Positions 60,198 through 64,000 of a stretch of DNA of 64,000 nt are shown here, piece after piece. A program made the translations under genes and the position numbers. The notes beneath the pieces were generated by a model. It saw only the letters and a list, made by a program, of their open reading frames with translations. It did no database searches and was not told the origin of the DNA. Position 1 is the first letter of the stretch. Each line of letters starts with the position of its first letter. This stretch comes from an uncultured Eubacteriales bacterium. GTDB lineage: Bacteria; Bacillota; Clostridia; TANB77; UBA1234. The stretch lies in contig CASDSU010000028.1 in assembly GCA_949283575.1 (NCBI GenBank), positions 128,849 through 192,848 of the forward strand, read 5' to 3'.

Positions 60198-63100
60198 TAA
60201 CCTTGATCTTGATTATTATAAAATATATCTTGATTTGCTGTAACTTGTCGTCTACTTTCTAAGTTTTGTCTATATTTATCTTGAAGTCTTGATTCGTTTT
60301 TTCTTGCTCTTGCTTCTGCTCTTGCTTCTCCAGCAGTAGGAGCTACTCTTCCATTTCCATAGTCTGCTGTTTGAGCTTCTTGTCTTGCTTGATCAGCGGC
60401 TCTATTGCTTGAAGTTTGAGCAGAACCTCTATTTTGACCATTATTATTTGCATATCTATTTCTATCTTGTCCTGTAGGAGCTTTTGAACCTGATGAGCTT
60501 GACGCCGCAGAATCCTTTTTTACACCTGTAACTTTTCTGTTCTTACCAGATATGATATTTCCAACTGCCATACCTGCTGCAAAATCTCCAATATCTCCTC
60601 CACCTGCAAGTCCAGTAGTTATTATACTATACACAGCCGCAACATTTCTAAGAGGTTGTACTATTTTTTCAGCCCTTCTTCTTCTATCTCTCGCACGTTG
60701 TGATGCTTCTCTCTTTCTTCTACGTTTTTCTTCCTCTTGCTCATGTTTTTCGCGACTTTGTTGTAAACGAGCTTCAGCATCATCATGATTTCCTCCTCTT
60801 GCCATATCCTTTTTAATTTTATTTTGCTCTTTTTTCCACTTTAAGTCTGACTTTTCATCTTGTTTTTTCTCTTTCTGATGTGCTTTTTCATCTTTAGCAT
60901 CATATTTTGAATCAATTCCTTTTGTACCACTAATAACTTTAGAAGCAGCATATGCTGTAAGTGCATATTTACCACCTTTAACAGCGCTATCTTTTAGATT
61001 TGATACCGTAGTACTTTCTTTCATGCCAATAATAGATTTAACTACACCTTCCATAGGGAATATTGCCATAACCGCAAACAAGAATAATAACCAGTTATCA
61101 GAATCTGCCTCATATATCTTCAAACCAGTTTCAACTAACATTACATATAAGAATGCGTGCACAGATTGAATAAATACATTCACCAAATATTCCTTAATCC
61201 ATGTTTTAAACGTTTGACTTTTCTCAATTCCCATTAATTTTTCAATTGCATACATCATTACAACAAGTGGGAATATCGTTATCAAAACTCCGACTACAAC
61301 TAAACGTTTGTAATATAAGAACAATAACAATACTAATTGATACATCATGATGTACCACACTGCAACAAACACTAATCTATTCGTCGATCCAGCTCTACTT
61401 CTCATTGTTCCTTCAAGGTCTATTCCTCTAGAAGATAAGTCAATGGCTTTTTCCACATCTTCCATAGCACCTTGTAATTCTATGTAATCATAATATGCTA
61501 TCGCATAATCCAATAATTGAGCTTTTACCGTACTATCACGCAAGAAAAGAAATGCAAGTATATTTCCCTCAATCTCAACATTTGTTGCCTGCCTAGCTAC
61601 GATATCTGTAATTTGTTGTTCTGTAAGTGTACCTGACTGTTCTAATTCAATTTCAATTTCTCTTATCGCCATATCCAAAGGTCTTTTATACATGCTACTA
61701 TCTATTACCCAAATCTCATCTACTCCAATAATCCAATATAAAAATGTTCCTTTCTTATTAGCAACTGCTCTCTGAGCCTCTCGCCAAGTTTGCTCTGATT
61801 CTATATATTTATCTTCAATTATGTCTCGCATCTCTATTAACTGATCTTTTATTGATTCTGTTGTTGAGTCTTCACCAAACTGATATATCTGTGGCGAAAT
61901 ACCAAACCTTTCAATGAAATCGGTATTATATACTGAGAAAATAGAATATTCACTGCTATCTCTAAATATTTTTACTAAAATATCATTCATCATAACCGCA
62001 TATTTCATAAAATATGGTCCAAAGAACAACAGTGCAACCGCAAGGACCCATCCAACAAGCATGTTTTGAATTTTATTTTGTTTTGCACCACCACTAAGAA
62101 ACATCGTTTTTATACCCATTGCTATTAAAACAACTACTAATATCATTTGTGTCCATGCGCTAAAAGCTTTATACCAACCATTTACAATTAATTGGAATAA
62201 ATCTACATATGCACCACCATCGCCTGTTTTCCAAAAATCCAAAATGGTATTGGCATATTGGTTGAAAATTAATGAATCTAATGTTAAATTCTTTCCTCCA
62301 ACCATGTTAATTACACCTCTAAATAAGTCTCCAATAGAAAGTGCAACCTCCGCAATAATTTTTTCTATAGTAGTATTTTCATTATTATCTAAAATCTCTG
62401 ATGTAAGTCCTCTAAATTCATAAACAACCTCAGCTCCATTTGATCCAAACGTATAAGAATCTCCACCAGTAGCTTTTGACATCGTTTGAGGTCCTGTAAC
62501 CTGATATCTCAACCATTTAATATCGTCAATAACTTTAAAGTCTATTTTTGCCTTTGAACTTTGTTGAAGAGTTGAAAACGCAATCAACTCATTTTCTTTT
62601 AACCCTGCTGACGCAAAAACATAAACTTGTGGGTGTGATGCAGCATTTGCAGCAACAGTTCCTGTTGAAATAGTCGAGTTACCTAAATCTGATGTAAGCT
62701 GATATTTAAAACCTTCACCCCAGAGATAAACAAGTCCTAGCAAATATGTTCCTCTTTCATATTTAAAATTCATGTAAGAAACAATCTTATACAAAGGAGG
62801 CGTGAACCCCATTGAAGTCGATACATCATTATATATGGCTCCCGGTTGTACATAATTTATTCCTTCACTCTTTTTCGGTCCAGTAACAGAATAGAATCCT
62901 AAAGTATCAGTAGTTGATAATCTCTTGAAAACTACTTTCTTATCTTCCTCAAATATAGTAATCATATATTTTCCGTATTTCTGACTCGCATCAGAATTTT
63001 TAAATGTATAGAAAAAAGAATCTTTAAATTTACCTGCTGTAGCAAAGCTAATAATTATTTCATCATATTTCATATCTAAGAACAAAGGCTTTTCTTTACT

Positions 63101-63271
63101 TCCTTCATATGATGTTGATGTACCGTCAAACAAAAATTTATTTGACGAAGAATTATATGTTATAGTAAGAACTTCTTTGCTAATAGCAGCATTAGAAATC
63201 GATGGTATAAATACAGATACCAGTATTAAAATTATAAAAGAAGATAAAATCTTATTTTTAAGTTTATTCAT
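60197..63271 (-). CDS. giant paralogous membrane protein A (1024 aa): signal peptide, about 340-aa beta-rich ectodomain, conserved TM core, R/K/E-rich plus Gly-rich tail
   Basis: Signal peptide MNKLKNKILSSFIILILVSVFIPSISNA; core motif FLYYKRLVVVGVLITIFPLVVMMYAIEKLMGIEKSQTFKTWIKEYLVNVFIQSVHAFLYV; RBS AGGAAAGGAG. Confidence 0.7.
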   Translation of the reverse strand: MNKLKNKILSSFIILILVSVFIPSISNAAISKEVLTITYNSSSNKFLFDGTSTSYEGSKEKPLFLDMKYDEIIISFATAGKFKDSFFYTFKNSDASQKYGKYMITIFEEDKKVVFKRLSTTDTLGFYSVTGPKKSEGINYVQPGAIYNDVSTSMGFTPPLYKIVSYMNFKYERGTYLLGLVYLWGEGFKYQLTSDLGNSTISTGTVAANAASHPQVYVFASAGLKENELIAFSTLQQSSKAKIDFKVIDDIKWLRYQVTGPQTMSKATGGDSYTFGSNGAEVVYEFRGLTSEILDNNENTTIEKIIAEVALSIGDLFRGVINMVGGKNLTLDSLIFNQYANTILDFWKTGDGGAYVDLFQLIVNGWYKAFSAWTQMILVVVLIAMGIKTMFLSGGAKQNKIQNMLVGWVLAVALLFFGPYFMKYAVMMNDILVKIFRDSSEYSIFSVYNTDFIERFGISPQIYQFGEDSTTESIKDQLIEMRDIIEDKYIESEQTWREAQRAVANKKGTFLYWIIGVDEIWVIDSSMYKRPLDMAIREIEIELEQSGTLTEQQITDIVARQATNVEIEGNILAFLFLRDSTVKAQLLDYAIAYYDYIELQGAMEDVEKAIDLSSRGIDLEGTMRSRAGSTNRLVFVAVWYIMMYQLVLLLFLYYKRLVVVGVLITIFPLVVMMYAIEKLMGIEKSQTFKTWIKEYLVNVFIQSVHAFLYVMLVETGLKIYEADSDNWLLFLFAVMAIFPMEGVVKSIIGMKESTTVSNLKDSAVKGGKYALTAYAASKVISGTKGIDSKYDAKDEKAHQKEKKQDEKSDLKWKKEQNKIKKDMARGGNHDDAEARLQQSREKHEQEEEKRRRKREASQRARDRRRRAEKIVQPLRNVAAVYSIITTGLAGGGDIGDFAAGMAVGNIISGKNRKVTGVKKDSAASSSSGSKAPTGQDRNRYANNNGQNRGSAQTSSNRAADQARQEAQTADYGNGRVAPTAGEARAEARARKNESRLQDKYRQNLESRRQVTANQDIFYNNQDQG

Positions 63272-63305
63272 ACCATCAACTCCTTTCCTAAAAAATATTA
63301 TTATT

Positions 63306-64000
63306 TTAATTTCCTGTATTGTCCATATTCTCCTCTATATAGTTCCAATAAGCAACTTCACCTCTAGCCTTACCTTTTGTAGCAGTAGTTCTAGCCATTT
63401 CTGCAAGTGCTTTTCTATATATTTCTTGCATTGTCTCACCATGTTTACCAACAATTTCGTTCGGATCAACATTTGGCGGCATCATTGCACCAGGAGGTGC
63501 ATTAAGAGTAAGGGCATTATCCATTTCACCTTGCTCAATTCGTTTTGCAAGTTTCTCACCATGTACTTTTTGTTCTACTTTATTAGCTACAGCGGTGACA
63601 GGTGCAGCTACTGTAGATCCAATCATTCCACCAGACACACCATCTGATAAAGCATTCTTAAACATGCTTCCATCTGCAGTGTCGCCTTTAGATAAACCAT
63701 ATGTAATACCTGCGGTTGTACCAAGCGCTTTTCCAGCAAAATTAGCAACTTTGCTTCCAATTCCACGACCAAGTCGTCTCGCCATTGCACTTTGAATTAC
63801 TGTATCTTGTGCAGCACCTTCGTTATAGCCAGCAGGTTCTACTCCTGCAGGATCATTTCCAGTATAATTACCTTGATTTCTTGAAGATGATTCTCCATCA
63901 CTTCCTTGAGCTCCACCTCCTGTTTGCGGTTCTTGTGGAACTGATGAACCATTTCCACCAATACTATTTCTTTGTGCTTGTCTTTCAGAAGCTCCTTTAA
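63306..64000 (-). CDS. C-terminal part of a further upstream gene (open to the window edge) with Gly-rich tail resembling the tails of proteins A and B
   Basis: Reading frame stays open from 63785 to 64000 on the minus strand (…KGASERQAQRNSIGGNGSS…); GxxxG-rich segment GKALGTTAGITYGLSKG…GGMIGSTVAAPV. Confidence 0.55.
   Translation of the reverse strand, partial: KGASERQAQRNSIGGNGSSVPQEPQTGGGAQGSDGESSSRNQGNYTGNDPAGVEPAGYNEGAAQDTVIQSAMARRLGRGIGSKVANFAGKALGTTAGITYGLSKGDTADGSMFKNALSDGVSGGMIGSTVAAPVTAVANKVEQKVHGEKLAKRIEQGEMDNALTLNAPPGAMMPPNVDPNEIVGKHGETMQEIYRKALAEMARTTATKGKARGEVAYWNYIEENMDNTGN

Overview
This is a low-GC (about 30%) Firmicutes chromosomal segment. The organism looks like a spore-forming, S-layer-bearing Clostridia-type bacterium, given the YpeB germination protein, an SLH-domain protein, TagD/TagF-like teichoic-acid genes, UgtP, and RBS-driven gene starts. 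Main contents:
(1) An SDR oxidoreductase, a roughly 895-aa repeat protein with a C-terminal eukaryotic-like kinase fold, and a GC-rich P-loop gene next to a tRNA-His/tRNA-Gln(TTG) pair.
(2) An approximately 11.7-kb integrative mobilizable element inserted just downstream of those tRNAs. It carries RepA_N, TnpV, a candidate oriT, MobC, a MobA/VirD2-type relaxase, cargo genes, an excisionase and a tyrosine integrase. It shows recombination scars (a 63-bp relic of a second relaxase 3' end fused to a fragment of an AlbA_2/HATPase-family regulator), two homopolymer frameshifts (one in the integrase upstream of the catalytic Tyr), and an AlbA_2-HATPase_c_4 plus zinc-ribbon two-gene cargo module.
(3) A 1298-aa protein with an N-terminal zinc ribbon and three tandem CbxX/SpoVK-type AAA+ modules, followed by a 100-aa partner.
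(4) A wall-glycopolymer cluster (GT2, TagF-like, Wzx, TagD), a CPBP protease and an isolated tRNA-Gln(CTG).
(5) Housekeeping and accessory genes: U32 peptidase, alpha-glucan phosphorylase in a 50% GC island, polysaccharide deacetylase, AIM24, SLH protein, rSAM/SPASM enzyme, flavin reductase, LD-carboxypeptidase and others.
(6) A strikingly foreign 56-58% GC island. It encodes a membrane-anchored, hyper-acidic protein with (TP)n and four 99-bp tandem repeats, followed by a 380-nt hairpin-rich 3' region.
(7) A DUF952-APH kinase fusion, an HD hydrolase, YpeB and UgtP.
(8) The most unusual locus, at least 13.7 kb running off the window edge. It is a translationally coupled minus-strand operon of at least four giant (1024, 1866, 1083 and more than 230 aa visible) paralogous signal-peptide-bearing polytopic membrane proteins. 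They share a conserved TM core (YYKRL...FP.V..YA.D...SQ.F..W.KEF.N..IQSFHA..YV) and long charged or Gly-rich tails, and are followed by a 349-aa soluble protein. No known family could be assigned from sequence alone.
No CRISPR arrays, rRNA genes or transposases were seen.
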